DNA of 64,000 nucleotides from Thermoguttaceae bacterium (GCA_963674575.2 CAXXQT010000008.1:182977-246976), one strand, 5' to 3'. Positions 1 through 9,223 are shown, counted from the first letter of the stretch. Notes: generated by a model from the sequence alone, not told the origin. Program-made: numbers and translations.

Positions 1-653
1 GGCAGAAAGCTGGGCGGCTTGACCTCGTCCGGGTCGACGCCGATCTTGACCTGGTCGCTGTTGCGGTACGGGCGATGGGGCTGGGGGATGTTGTAGAGGA
101 GGAACCAGGGCTTCTCTTGTTCCCGGGCCCGAGAGGCGAAGGCCGCCACCTCCTCGGCCGTCATGGCGCGCCGAAACTCGTCGTAGGGGAACTTCCGGTT
201 CGGCAGCACGTGGAGCTTGTGAGTCGTGGCCGTGTAGTAGCCGGTCTGGTGCAGCAACTCGATCAACGTGGGGAAGGCGTCGCGGATAAACAGACGCCGG
301 GCCAGGGGCCGGTTGCGTTCTTCCTCGGTCACCTTCGAATCGGGCTTGAAGTAGTTGTAGGTGTTGCCTCGCAGGCCGTTGACATGGTTGTGCACGCCCG
401 TGTAAATCGCGGCCTTCGACGAAGAGCAGACCGGGTAGGCCACGAAAGCCTCGCGGAAGTAGATCCCGTCGGCGGCAATCGAGTCCATGCGCGGCGTTTC
501 GAGGCCCGGCGTTCCCAGAAAGCTCAGGTGCGGTCCCTGATCCTCCGTGAGGATGAAGAGAACATTCGGACGCGACGCCCCCGCCGCCGAACCAACGGCC
601 GCAGCAAGGACGAAAACGCAGGTCAAACAAGTAACGATCGAGGAACATCGCAA
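1..653 (-). CDS. Sulfatase-family hydrolase, N-terminal part (C-terminus lies beyond the window start)
   Basis: It runs off the window edge, so it is absent from the ORF track. The minus frame is open from 695 to 1, and the only in-frame start is TTG at 653. Translation gives (M)RCSSIVTCLTCVFVLAAAVGSAAGA (signal peptide), then RPNVLFILTEDQGPHLSFLGTPGLETPRMDSIAADGIYFREAFVAYPVCSSSKAAIYTGVHNH, the sulfatase/alkaline-phosphatase N-terminal signature. The plus ORF 75..704 is its antisense shadow. Confidence 0.75.
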   Translation of the reverse strand, partial: MRCSSIVTCLTCVFVLAAAVGSAAGASRPNVLFILTEDQGPHLSFLGTPGLETPRMDSIAADGIYFREAFVAYPVCSSSKAAIYTGVHNHVNGLRGNTYNYFKPDSKVTEEERNRPLARRLFIRDAFPTLIELLHQTGYYTATTHKLHVLPNRKFPYDEFRRAMTAEEVAAFASRAREQEKPWFLLYNIPQPHRPYRNSDQVKIGVDPDEVKPPSFL

Positions 654-761
654 TGGAGAGCCTCCCGTGGAGCGAGTTGTGCAGTAGTCTACGCCCTATT
701 CTAACGTCCCCCAGGGCCTGAAAGAAAGGGAATCTTGCGTTCAAGGGGCGACGTAGCAACA

Positions 762-812
762 GTCGCTTGTCGCTCCGCGAAAAAGGCGTTCGTTCGCGGA
801 GCGAACAACGAC
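762..812. repeat. REP family A palindromic unit (cgctccgcgaa-N10/11-ttcgcggagcg)
   Basis: Arms lie at 771-781 and 793-803. Near-identical units occur at 16358-16406 and 52612-52660. Confidence 0.8.
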
Positions 813-827
813 ATTGGTCCGTCTACA

Positions 828-1067
828 CCGAAGGTGTTACATCCCACAGCCCGGCGTCGCGAAGCGCACGCTGGGAAAGCGGGCACGGAATCCCCTGTAC
901 TCCGAAGGAGTTCTACAACCCCATGGCATTCTTTAACGTCTCGTATGTGCCGTTGAGTCGTGCGAGCACCTTCCACGTGTCAAACCCCTTCGGGGTATAG
1001 GGCGATGGTGTCGCTTGTCCCCAGCGTGCGCTGCGCGACGCCGGGCTGTGGAATTCAACGCCTTCGG
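828..1067. repeat. Inverted pair of ~48-nt GC-rich units (REP family D) with partial units between them
   Basis: 828-875 (ccgaaggtgttacatcccacagcccggcgtcgcgaagcgcacgctggg) is the near reverse complement of 1020-1067 (cccagcgtgcgctgcgcgacgccgggctgtggaattcaacgccttcgg). The small track ORFs here (701..976, 735..956, 913..1146, 1015..1461) are translations of the repeats. Confidence 0.75.
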
Positions 1068-1135
1068 CGTAGCCGTACGAACTCACCGCGTGACGTGCCC
1101 GTTCAAACGATCCTTCAAACTTCACCCTTCCCCCT

Positions 1136-2254
1136 TCACTCTTCACCCTTCACCCCGCTTTTCGCGTGTTCCCTCACCGTCTTCCAGGCCACCTCGCGGA
1201 GGATGCGATCGAGCTGGGGATCCTTGTAGAGTTCCTTCGATAGGTCGCAGGGATTGTTCTTGTAGAGGCAGGCGTAGTAGAGGTAGCCTTCGAGGATGGA
1301 GACCGGGGACGTGGGGTGAATGGAGTCGCGATAGAGCCCGACCCGACCATCGGCAGGCTTCTCGCCCTTTTTCTGGGGCACGTAAAGGGCGTCCACTCCC
1401 GGCAGGTCGCCCGCCAGCTGGCGACGGACCAGTTCGAGCATGGCGTCCGCGACCGGAATGACGTGCACCTTGCCGGGATATCGTTGGTTGAGTTGATCGA
1501 CCGTTTCGCCGATCCACTGGTTGATTTGCTCTGCCTTGCCCTGGTAGGTCTCGAAGGTGGCGTCGGAGTCGGCGGTTTTCCCGGCCCGCTCGTCGAGCAA
1601 ATCGGTCAGGTAGGGCCAGGCATCCTGGATGTAGAAGACCATGTCGGGGTTGTGCTGCAGGCCCAGGTTGATCCAGCGGGCGAAGTCGTCGACCTCGGAG
1701 CCTTCGTAGTGGGCGCCCATGGTGAGCACGTCGCACTTGCCGGTCATAAGGGCCCGCTTGACGACTTGCAGTTCCTTGGGCTTCTCCCAGTGGGAGCGGG
1801 GTGAGCCGGTGACGCCGCCGGAGATCTGCCGCACCTGGAAGTGGCCGGAGAAGCCGCCCACGCGGGCGGCCGCTTCGAAAGGCCCCAGGGCCGGGGCGAC
1901 CAGGCTGTGGCCGGTGGAGGCGACCCACAGCCCGTTGCCCGTCTTGGTCATCGCCGCCAGGTCCGGTTCCTTGCGAGACGCCGCTGGAGCACGCTTCCGC
2001 TTCCGGCTTTGCAGGAAGGCCCGGGCCTCCGTCAGCGTCAAAACGCCGTCGCCATTCCCATCGGCCTTGGGAAAACGCGTGAGCGCCTCGCGAAGCCGTT
2101 CATTTGTTTGGGAGGTTGGCTCGTCGCTGAGAGCGACGATCGGGATGAACGCACAAATGGAGACCGACAAAATAAGAAGGCGAAACACAAGAATCTCCGT
2201 CGAGGTGAAACAGGCTGCTACGGGATGACTCAAAAATGACTTCGCAGTGTTCAT
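1136..2254 (-). CDS. Secreted/anchored protein with an EF-hand-like Ca-binding loop; function unknown
   Basis: 372-aa ORF with ATG at 2254. There is an N-terminal hydrophobic segment (FRLLILSVSICAFIPIVALS) and a DxNxDG-type loop (KADGNGDGVLTLTEA). I recognise no motif in the remaining ~280 aa. Confidence 0.7.
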   Translation of the reverse strand: MNTAKSFLSHPVAACFTSTEILVFRLLILSVSICAFIPIVALSDEPTSQTNERLREALTRFPKADGNGDGVLTLTEARAFLQSRKRKRAPAASRKEPDLAAMTKTGNGLWVASTGHSLVAPALGPFEAAARVGGFSGHFQVRQISGGVTGSPRSHWEKPKELQVVKRALMTGKCDVLTMGAHYEGSEVDDFARWINLGLQHNPDMVFYIQDAWPYLTDLLDERAGKTADSDATFETYQGKAEQINQWIGETVDQLNQRYPGKVHVIPVADAMLELVRRQLAGDLPGVDALYVPQKKGEKPADGRVGLYRDSIHPTSPVSILEGYLYYACLYKNNPCDLSKELYKDPQLDRILREVAWKTVREHAKSGVKGEE

Positions 2255-2319
2255 TGGGGAACATCACGGCGGAGCGTGATGGCTACTATGGAGTTGCCGA
2301 AGTCATTTCTGAGTCATCG

Positions 2320-3636
2320 CTAATCCAGTTGGAGAGGACGTTCGCCGACGTGAACGTCGAGTTCCAGTCGCGTGCCGGCTCGCATCACGACCACGACGGC
2401 GTCGGAGCCGACCTCGGTCTCCGCCACGGCGCGGCTCAGGTCGACTGAGGCCTCGACCTTTTCGTCGTTCCAGGCCACGATCACATCAAATTGCTCGACA
2501 CCGGCGCGATCGGCCGGCGAGCGGCGGACGACGTCGGTCACCATGGCCCCGACCTGATGGGGAAGGTCATATTCGTCGGCCACTTCCTCGTTGACGTCGA
2601 GCATGGCGACCCCGAGCCATCCCCTCGCGATCCGCCCGTGCCGGCGGAGACCTTCGTAGACCTTCTTCGCTACGCTGCTGGGAATAGCGAAGCTGATGCC
2701 CAGGTTTTGCTCTCCGTAGATGGCCGTGTTGATCCCGACCACTTCACCCTGCAGATTCACGAGCGGCCCGCCGCTGTTGCCGGGGTTCACGGCCGCATCC
2801 GTCTGGAGATAGTCCTGGTGGGCAAGCGCCGAGACCCGGGCTCGACGCCCGGTGGCGCTGATGATCCCGGAGGTGACCGTGTGGTCCAGGCCGAAGGGAT
2901 TGCCCACGGCCAGTACGGAGTCGCCCGACTCCAGGTCGTCGCTATCGCCCCAAGGGGCGGCTACGAAGGGACCTCCGTCGATTTTGAGAACCGCCAAGTC
3001 TGTCAACGGATCCCGCCCGATCACTCGAACGTCCCGGATCGGCGTTCCGTCACTCAGTTCAACAGTGATTTCCGAAGTCCCGTCAATGACGTGGTTGTTG
3101 GTGACCACGTAGCCTTCCGGGTCGACGATCACCCCCGAGCCGATGCCGTCCCTGCGGAAGTGCGGGATATCAAACAGCACGTCCGTTTCCTTGGCCGGGA
3201 CGTCCTGGGTGATCTGGGAAGTCTCGATTCCCACAACGCTCGGGGCAATGCTCTGGGCAACGTAGGTCCGACGCGAGACGGCCTCCGGAAATTCAGTGAG
3301 CAAATCCCGGGCGACTTCCGCCTTGGCCAACTGGTCACCACGGGTAATAGCGTACTGGACTCGTTGGGCGATGTACGGCAGGGCCACGAGGGCCACCAGC
3401 GTGGCTGTGATCAGGGTCCAGGTTGCCAGCCGGATCAGGGTCAACGTGGCAGCTCGCTGGGAGAGGCAGGCATCGCCGTGAGAGGCGTTTGCCATGGGGG
3501 GCGGTTCGACAGGGGAGGCGATCTCCGGGGAGTCTTCAACCGAAACGGGGACCTCGGATGGGTCAATAAGATCCTCTCCAAGGGGACTGGAGAGGTCGTC
3601 TGCGTTATCGGGCCAATTGGGATCGTAAGTCGCCAT
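2320..3636 (-). CDS. htrA: HtrA/DegP-family serine protease with PDZ domain
   Basis: Catalytic motifs are TNNHVIDG (His), DLAVLKI (Asp) and GNSGGPLVN (Ser). A PDZ-like C-terminus follows (RGWLGV...VVRRSPADRAGV), and a TM helix sits near the N-terminus. The track start 3705 is TTG, so the first ATG at 3636 is used. Confidence 0.9.
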   Translation of the reverse strand: MATYDPNWPDNADDLSSPLGEDLIDPSEVPVSVEDSPEIASPVEPPPMANASHGDACLSQRAATLTLIRLATWTLITATLVALVALPYIAQRVQYAITRGDQLAKAEVARDLLTEFPEAVSRRTYVAQSIAPSVVGIETSQITQDVPAKETDVLFDIPHFRRDGIGSGVIVDPEGYVVTNNHVIDGTSEITVELSDGTPIRDVRVIGRDPLTDLAVLKIDGGPFVAAPWGDSDDLESGDSVLAVGNPFGLDHTVTSGIISATGRRARVSALAHQDYLQTDAAVNPGNSGGPLVNLQGEVVGINTAIYGEQNLGISFAIPSSVAKKVYEGLRRHGRIARGWLGVAMLDVNEEVADEYDLPHQVGAMVTDVVRRSPADRAGVEQFDVIVAWNDEKVEASVDLSRAVAETEVGSDAVVVVMRAGTRLELDVHVGERPLQLD

Positions 3637-3892
3637 TAGACCAGTCACACGCTCCAGAAACGGGAACAAGGTTCGACCAGCCAAGAGCTCAGCAGTCGAT
3701 ATCAACTCCCATTATACCGTCCGATTCTCCCCGACCCAGTATTTGGCGCCTTCAGACAAATACCCCTAGGGAGTGGTGCATAAACCTTTCCTTGGTTGAT
3801 GATCAAGGTTATTCTGAGGCGAGAATGGTGACGGAATCAAGGATCTCCCCGCCCCAACCCTCCAGCCTCTAGCCTGCAGTCTCCAGCCTCTC

Positions 3893-4930
3893 ATGTTCTT
3901 CTCCCGAATTTCGACCCGACAACTGGCCGACCTTTGCCACCGCGTGTCTTCTGCTTTGTCGGCGGGGTTGGATGCGAGGACGGTCTGGCGGCGCGAGGCC
4001 GAGCGAGCCCAGGGAATGTTGGCCAGGAAGCACCTTCGCACTGTCAGCGAGGCGATCGACGCCGGGGCCGATATGCGTGAGGCCCTCGCCGACACCGATG
4101 AGTACTTCCCCGAGCTGTTTCAAGAACTGGCCCACGTGGGACACCAGACGGGCCATCTCGACGAAGCCCTCGCCCAGCTTGCCGGCCACTACGAATTCCA
4201 ACTGAAGATACGCCGGGGCTTCCTGATGTCGATGGCCTGGCCCCTGATCGAACTGAGCGCCTCGATCCTGATCATTGCTGGGCTCATCTATATGCTGGGG
4301 GCGATCGGCGCCAGGACAGGCCACCCAATCGATATTCTCGGATTCGGGCTCGTCGGGACCCCGGGCCTGGTGAAGTATTTTGGCTTCCTGACCCTTGTTG
4401 GGGCAGGGGGTTTCGCCGTCTGGTGGGGGATCCGTCGAGGCTTGGCTTGGACCAAACCCGTGCAGCGGTTCATGATCCGGCTGCCGGGGATCGGAACCGC
4501 CCTCGACTCGCTGGCACTGGGACGCCTCTCCTGGGCGCTCCATCTGACGCTGAATTCCGGAATGGACGTTCGCCGGGCCGTGGCATTGGCTCTTCGGACG
4601 ACGCGGAATGCCCGGTATACGGACCAGATGACCTTCATTGACTCCTGGATTCAGCAGGGCGGTTCCCTCTACGACGCCTTCACCCAGGCGGGCGTGTTTC
4701 CCCGCTCGTTTCTCGACGTCCTGCACGTGGGGGAAAGCACGGGCATGATTGTCGAGTCGATGAAGAAACTGGCCGACCAGTATCGGGAGAAGTCGGAAGG
4801 TGCGATGAAGATCCTGGCCGTGGTGGGGTTCTTTGTGTGCTTTGGCGTGATCGCACTGATTCTCATCGCCGTTATCCTCAAACTGGCTATGTTCTATATC
4901 GGCGTCTTGAACGATCCGTTCAGCGTTTGA
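3893..4930 (+). CDS. Type II secretion / type IV pilus platform protein, GspF/PilC family
   Basis: There are two T2SS-F-type repeats (AIDAGADMREALADTDEYFPELFQELAHVGHQTGHLDEAL and WIQQGGSLYDAFTQAGVFPRSFLDVLHVGESTGMIVESM), each followed by TM helices. Confidence 0.85.
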   Translation: MFFSRISTRQLADLCHRVSSALSAGLDARTVWRREAERAQGMLARKHLRTVSEAIDAGADMREALADTDEYFPELFQELAHVGHQTGHLDEALAQLAGHYEFQLKIRRGFLMSMAWPLIELSASILIIAGLIYMLGAIGARTGHPIDILGFGLVGTPGLVKYFGFLTLVGAGGFAVWWGIRRGLAWTKPVQRFMIRLPGIGTALDSLALGRLSWALHLTLNSGMDVRRAVALALRTTRNARYTDQMTFIDSWIQQGGSLYDAFTQAGVFPRSFLDVLHVGESTGMIVESMKKLADQYREKSEGAMKILAVVGFFVCFGVIALILIAVILKLAMFYIGVLNDPFSV

Positions 4931-5072
4931 TCTGCAGCAGGCCACGGTTGCAATGGGGGCAAATTCGTTGCCCCACCTGTCACACTCCCCTATACTCACG
5001 GAATGCAGGGGGCTGCTCGTGGGCGTGGACAGAATGGGCCACCCATACAAGCGGATCGAGGAGGGAGAAACT

Positions 5073-5885
5073 GTGTCTTTCTACAACTGCAAGCATGTCA
5101 TTCTTGATTGGGGCCTCGCGCTAGTCGCTACGGCCCTGTTGGTTAGCCACGTTGCGGCCGCCGAAGAGCAACAGGGGCCCAAGACCGGCGAGAAGGCGAT
5201 TCTCGCCGCCCTCGAACAGAAGACGATCGTGGATTTCCCCGACGAGCCCTTGTCCGGCGTCGTCAAGTTCCTTGCGGAGTTTCACCGTATCCAGATTCAA
5301 GTCGACGTCAAGGCTCTGGAAGACGTGAGCCTGGGGACGGATACGCCGGTCAACTGCCAGGTTCAGAACGTCACCCTTCGTTCGGGGCTCAACCTGATTC
5401 TCGGTGATCTCGATCTGACGTGGATCATTCGCGACGAAGTGTTGGTGATCACCACTCCGGAAGAGGCGGAGTTGTACCTTGTGACTCGCGTGTATGACGT
5501 GGGCAAACTGGTCGCCGTTCAGGAACCTGGCGGCAAACGCTGGCATGACTTTGAGTCCTTGGTCGATACCATCACGCACACGATCGTGCCCGATTCTTGG
5601 GAAGACGTTGGCGGGCTGGGCCGCCTGAGCGAACTGGAGTACCGAGGCGCTGCCGTGCTGGTGATCCACCAGAGGCCGGATGTTCACCTGAAGATCGCCG
5701 CCCTGCTGGAAGACTTGACTAAGGTGGCTGACCAGTGCGAAGACGTGATTCCCACCCGCGAGAAGAAGAAATCGAAAGATGCCAAGAAAGGTCCGATGGG
5801 GCCTGGCGTGATGGGGGGCGGATTTGGTGGAGGAATGGGAGGTGCGTACGGTGGCGAAATGGGAGGTGGCAGCGGCCAGTTCTGA
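5073..5885 (+). CDS. Secreted protein with a Gly/Met-rich C-terminal tail; function unknown
   Basis: GTG at 5073 is in frame with track ORF 4953..5885 and is preceded by GGAGGG 7 nt upstream. The signal peptide is LALVATALLVSHVAAA. The tail reads GPMGPGVMGGGFGGGMGGAYGGEMGGGSGQF. Confidence 0.65.
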   Translation: MSFYNCKHVILDWGLALVATALLVSHVAAAEEQQGPKTGEKAILAALEQKTIVDFPDEPLSGVVKFLAEFHRIQIQVDVKALEDVSLGTDTPVNCQVQNVTLRSGLNLILGDLDLTWIIRDEVLVITTPEEAELYLVTRVYDVGKLVAVQEPGGKRWHDFESLVDTITHTIVPDSWEDVGGLGRLSELEYRGAAVLVIHQRPDVHLKIAALLEDLTKVADQCEDVIPTREKKKSKDAKKGPMGPGVMGGGFGGGMGGAYGGEMGGGSGQF

Positions 5886-5951
5886 TGGGAGCCGTTGCGC
5901 GTCGTCTGAGAGACTCGTGATCCGGACTTGACTCATGTCGCTACGGGAGAG

Positions 5952-5977
5952 GCGGCCAACCGTTTCGGGTTGGCCGC
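5952..5977 (+). terminator. Intrinsic-terminator-like hairpin after CDS 5073..5885
   Basis: Perfect 10-bp stem gcggccaacc / ggttggccgc with loop gtttcg, followed by the T-rich tggcatttcttgcc. Confidence 0.6.
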
Positions 5978-6236
5978 TGGCATTTCTTGCCGTTGAAGTC
6001 CTTGCCTGACCGTGCACATGGTGAGATCCGGCAAAAATGTCGGTTGGGACATGCGCTGGGCTCGTTTCTACCGTCCATCTCGGGAAAACATGGATTCTGC
6101 GGAAATGTCATGCCGACGGTGGCTCCCGTGGATTTTCAAGCCGGGTAGAATGGCAGACGAGCGGGCCAGCCCTGACGCTCACCCGGGTAGGGAATCGTCC
6201 TCCCAGGCGTCCGAATCCGCAATGAGGAGAACTCGA

Positions 6237-6920
6237 ATGATGACAGGTGGCATCCATCCGTCTGCAGCGAAGGCAGGGCCCGAGTTCGATCGGCAGGAGG
6301 AACGATCGGACGGCACGGCCATTGCCGACCGCCTGATGAAAAATCTGACGACCGTCCGGGAATCGCTCATGCGACGCGTGCTCACTCCGGACAAGTCGGT
6401 TTCGCTCGACTCGATGCTCCTTCCCGTTTCCAAACTCAAGGCCCAGCAGCACGCGGTTGAGGAGGTGGAGGCGTACGTGGTCGCCGAGTCGGCCTATGCA
6501 GTCCGCTCGCTGAAACTCGTGATGACGCCCGATCCCTGGTATGCCGAGTGGCTCCAGGGCATGCGACTGGAATCGTGGAATCCCCTGGGAAACGTGCCCG
6601 AACGCATCGCCTCCTATCTCAAAGAATCCGCCGACGGACGCCGACTTCAATTCAGCGACCTGCTTGTGGAAGCGATTCCGGAGGCGAGGCTTGCCCCGCT
6701 GGTGCTCTTCCGCATTCTTCCCATGACGGTTCACGTGGCCACGGCCCTGGCCTTCCGCGATACCCGGGGGGCCGAGAAGCTCCGGGCTGAGCAGGTCAAG
6801 ATTCTGCCCTCCATCGGCTACTGCCAGGAGTGTCATGGCAAGCTGCTTCCCGACGGCCAGGAATGTGCCAAGTGCGGCAATCCACTCTGGAATCGGCAGT
6901 GGCTGTGTGAGATCGACTGA
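6237..6920 (+). CDS. Hypothetical protein with a C-terminal zinc-ribbon (CQEC...CAKC)
   Basis: This is the frame of track ORF 6012..6920. Codon position 3 is strongly G/C from about 6280 onward but not upstream. The ATG at 6237 has AGGAG 7 nt upstream. The C-terminus reads GYCQECHGKLLPDGQECAKCGNPLW. The overlapping minus ORF 6108..7355 is Arg/Pro-rich junk. Confidence 0.6.
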   Translation: MMTGGIHPSAAKAGPEFDRQEERSDGTAIADRLMKNLTTVRESLMRRVLTPDKSVSLDSMLLPVSKLKAQQHAVEEVEAYVVAESAYAVRSLKLVMTPDPWYAEWLQGMRLESWNPLGNVPERIASYLKESADGRRLQFSDLLVEAIPEARLAPLVLFRILPMTVHVATALAFRDTRGAEKLRAEQVKILPSIGYCQECHGKLLPDGQECAKCGNPLWNRQWLCEID

Positions 6921-7378
6921 GACGCTTCCTTGAAGGCGGCAGTCGAACAAATGTCCAGCCGATTCGTCAGTCTTCCAGTGCGGTATGCCGAACCGCCTCC
7001 TGCTAGCAACGATAACCTGTTGCCCTGTTGCCGGTTTGGCACGAGGAAGCGTACTGCTTGACGGGACCGTTTCGGGGCCAACCAGTCCTTGTCTGACCGA
7101 GCGCTGCTTCCCTGCGTACGATTTCCATCGAGCACCTCCTCGGACCAACAAGAGCCACTCGGTGAAGGACCGTCGATGTCCGGTGAACGTCTTTTCTATT
7201 GAGGTCTGCGTTGCCAATGAACCTCTCCCACGGCCTGGGAGGCTGCCAATCCGGCTCTCCGAGCCCGATTGGCGAAGAACCGCGAGCATTGGCTGCATCG
7301 GAATCAATAGGGACAGAACGCCTTTCGGTGGGTGTTCGAGTGGGCTGGCGGACAATCCGTTGAGGAAAGGGGCATTCC

Positions 7379-8590
7379 ATGAACGGGTCGGATCCGATCG
7401 TCGCCGACGGCAACGCGACCGCCGATCGGCGAATTGCGGAACTTGAACTGCAGGTTCGCGAACTCCAACGCGTAGAGTCCCAGTTTCGAATGCTTCTCGA
7501 AACGTCTCCCGATGCTGTGGTTATTGTCGACGAGTCGGGCGAGATCATGCTCGCCAACAGGCAGACCGAGAAGATGTTTGGGTATGCCAGTGGTGAACTG
7601 TTGGGGCTCCCGGTCGAAGTGCTCGTCCCCGATCGCTTTCGCGAGTCCCACGTCCGCCATCGTGATCACTACGCGCGTTGTCCTCACGCTCGAGCCATGG
7701 GGACCAACGCAGAGTTGTGTGCGCTGCGCCGCGACGGAACGGAGTTTCCGGCCGAGATCAGCCTCAGCCCGCGCCAGACGGAAGACGGCATGCTTGTCTT
7801 CTGCTCCGTGCGCGACGTGACTCAACGCAAGACCGTGGAGCGAGCCCTCCACGACCGGGAAGTGCAGCTGGCGGCCGCGCAGCAGATCCAGGAACACCTG
7901 CTCCCCCAACGTCCTCCGTCCATTCCCGGGTTCGACGTGATCGGCGCCTCCCATCCGGCGGAATTTGCCGCGGGCGACCATTTCGATTACTTCCGCATGC
8001 CCGACAGATCCCTCGCCGTTGCCATTGGCGATGTGGCCGGGCACGGCTTCGGGCCCGCTCTGATCATGGCCTCGGTACACACGCTCATTCGCTCCCTTTC
8101 GCAACGCTACGACAATGTGAGCGACGTGCTGTTCCACGCCAACCGGTTTCTTTGTGAAGAGACGGCGGATCACTTTTTCGCGACCGTGTTCTTCGCCCGT
8201 ATCGACACGGAGACCCGTCGTTTGGAATATGCCAGCGCGGGCCATCCGCCCGCCTATGTCTTCAGCCGCAATGGAGACATCAAGGCCCGCCTGGAGAGCA
8301 CGGGGATTCCTCTGGGGATCGAGCCCGACGAGGTCACTCCCCTGGGGCAAGGCCTGGTTCTCGACGAGGGCGACGTGGTCCTCATGTTGACCGACGGCGC
8401 CATCGAGATTCAGTCGCCGAGCGGCGAATTCTTCGGAGTAGAGCGGGCGGTTCAGTGCGTCCGACAGTGCCTTGACAGGTCCGCCCGGGAGATTCTCGAT
8501 CGCCTCTACAAGACCGTTATCGAATTCTCGGGGCGGGAGAGCCCGGACGACGACGTTACGGCCGTCGTGCTCAAGGTCGGACCTGCATAG
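7379..8590 (+). CDS. PAS-domain PP2C/SpoIIE-type serine phosphatase (RsbU-like)
   Basis: N-terminal coiled coil plus PAS (PDAVVIVDESGEIMLANRQTEKMFGY...REDGTEFPAEISLS). The C-terminal PP2C motifs are GDHFDYF, AIGDVAGHGFGPALIMA and LMLTDGAIE. Confidence 0.85.
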   Translation: MNGSDPIVADGNATADRRIAELELQVRELQRVESQFRMLLETSPDAVVIVDESGEIMLANRQTEKMFGYASGELLGLPVEVLVPDRFRESHVRHRDHYARCPHARAMGTNAELCALRRDGTEFPAEISLSPRQTEDGMLVFCSVRDVTQRKTVERALHDREVQLAAAQQIQEHLLPQRPPSIPGFDVIGASHPAEFAAGDHFDYFRMPDRSLAVAIGDVAGHGFGPALIMASVHTLIRSLSQRYDNVSDVLFHANRFLCEETADHFFATVFFARIDTETRRLEYASAGHPPAYVFSRNGDIKARLESTGIPLGIEPDEVTPLGQGLVLDEGDVVLMLTDGAIEIQSPSGEFFGVERAVQCVRQCLDRSAREILDRLYKTVIEFSGRESPDDDVTAVVLKVGPA

Positions 8591-8594
8591 TCAC

Positions 8595-8668
8595 GGGGAC
8601 TGGTCCATTTTTCGGTCAGGACGGCGTTTTGGCGAATATCCGCTGTCCGAAAACATGGACCTGTCCCC
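8595..8668. repeat. REP-like inverted repeat (ggggacWggtccatKttttcgg...) downstream of the phosphatase gene
   Basis: 8595-8626 is the imperfect reverse complement of 8641-8668. It probably acts as a terminator hairpin. Confidence 0.6.
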
Positions 8669-8768
8669 TTCCTTCGCGCTGTTGGGAAGGCCTTCGCTGC
8701 TTGCCCCTCGTTGCTGACCCGTGCTAAAATAGAGGTTCCGATCCATTGAATTCTCCGGAGACGAACGA

Positions 8769-9197
8769 ATGCGGAAGCTTCGAGATCACCGCCTGGCTAT
8801 CCTCTTCACTGCCGCCGCCCTGCTGCTCATCACCCACGGGTGCGCGAAGAACAACATTCGCGATTCCGCTCAGGATGGCAAGGTCAGCGTTCGCCACATC
8901 CTGGTCATGTACGAAGGGTCAGAGAAAGCGCCGACCCGCGTCACTCGCACAAAGGAAGAGGCCAAGATCCTCATCGACGAACTGCTGGCACGGCTTCAGA
9001 AAGGTGAGAAGTTCGAGGACCTCGCCGTGGATTACAGCGACTGTCCCTCGGCGAAGAGCGGAGGGGATCTTGGGCCCTTTGGGCCTGGCGACATGACGCC
9101 CCCCTTCGAGGAGGCAGCCTTTGCCTGCGAGGTGGGCGGAATGACCGGAGTCGTCGAGACAATGTTTGGATATCACATCATCCAGCGGTACAAGTAG
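8769..9197 (+). CDS. Parvulin-type peptidyl-prolyl cis-trans isomerase (PpiC family), secreted
   Basis: Signal peptide, then VRHILVMYEG...DYSDCPSAKSGGDLGPFGPGDMTPPFEEAAF...TMFGYHIIQRY. Confidence 0.9.
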   Translation: MRKLRDHRLAILFTAAALLLITHGCAKNNIRDSAQDGKVSVRHILVMYEGSEKAPTRVTRTKEEAKILIDELLARLQKGEKFEDLAVDYSDCPSAKSGGDLGPFGPGDMTPPFEEAAFACEVGGMTGVVETMFGYHIIQRYK

Positions 9198-9223
9198 GGC
9201 GCTGCTGACATTTGATGCGGGTC

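Noticed and set aside
75-704. A 209-aa plus-strand ORF at the window start.
   Set aside because: The opposite strand encodes an unmistakable sulfatase N-terminus, so this ORF is its shadow.
6108-7355. A 415-aa minus-strand ORF competing with the plus-strand ORF 6012..6920.
   Set aside because: The plus frame shows the strong G/C third-position bias and a normal amino-acid composition. The minus translation is Arg/Pro/Ser-rich and extends through apparently noncoding DNA.
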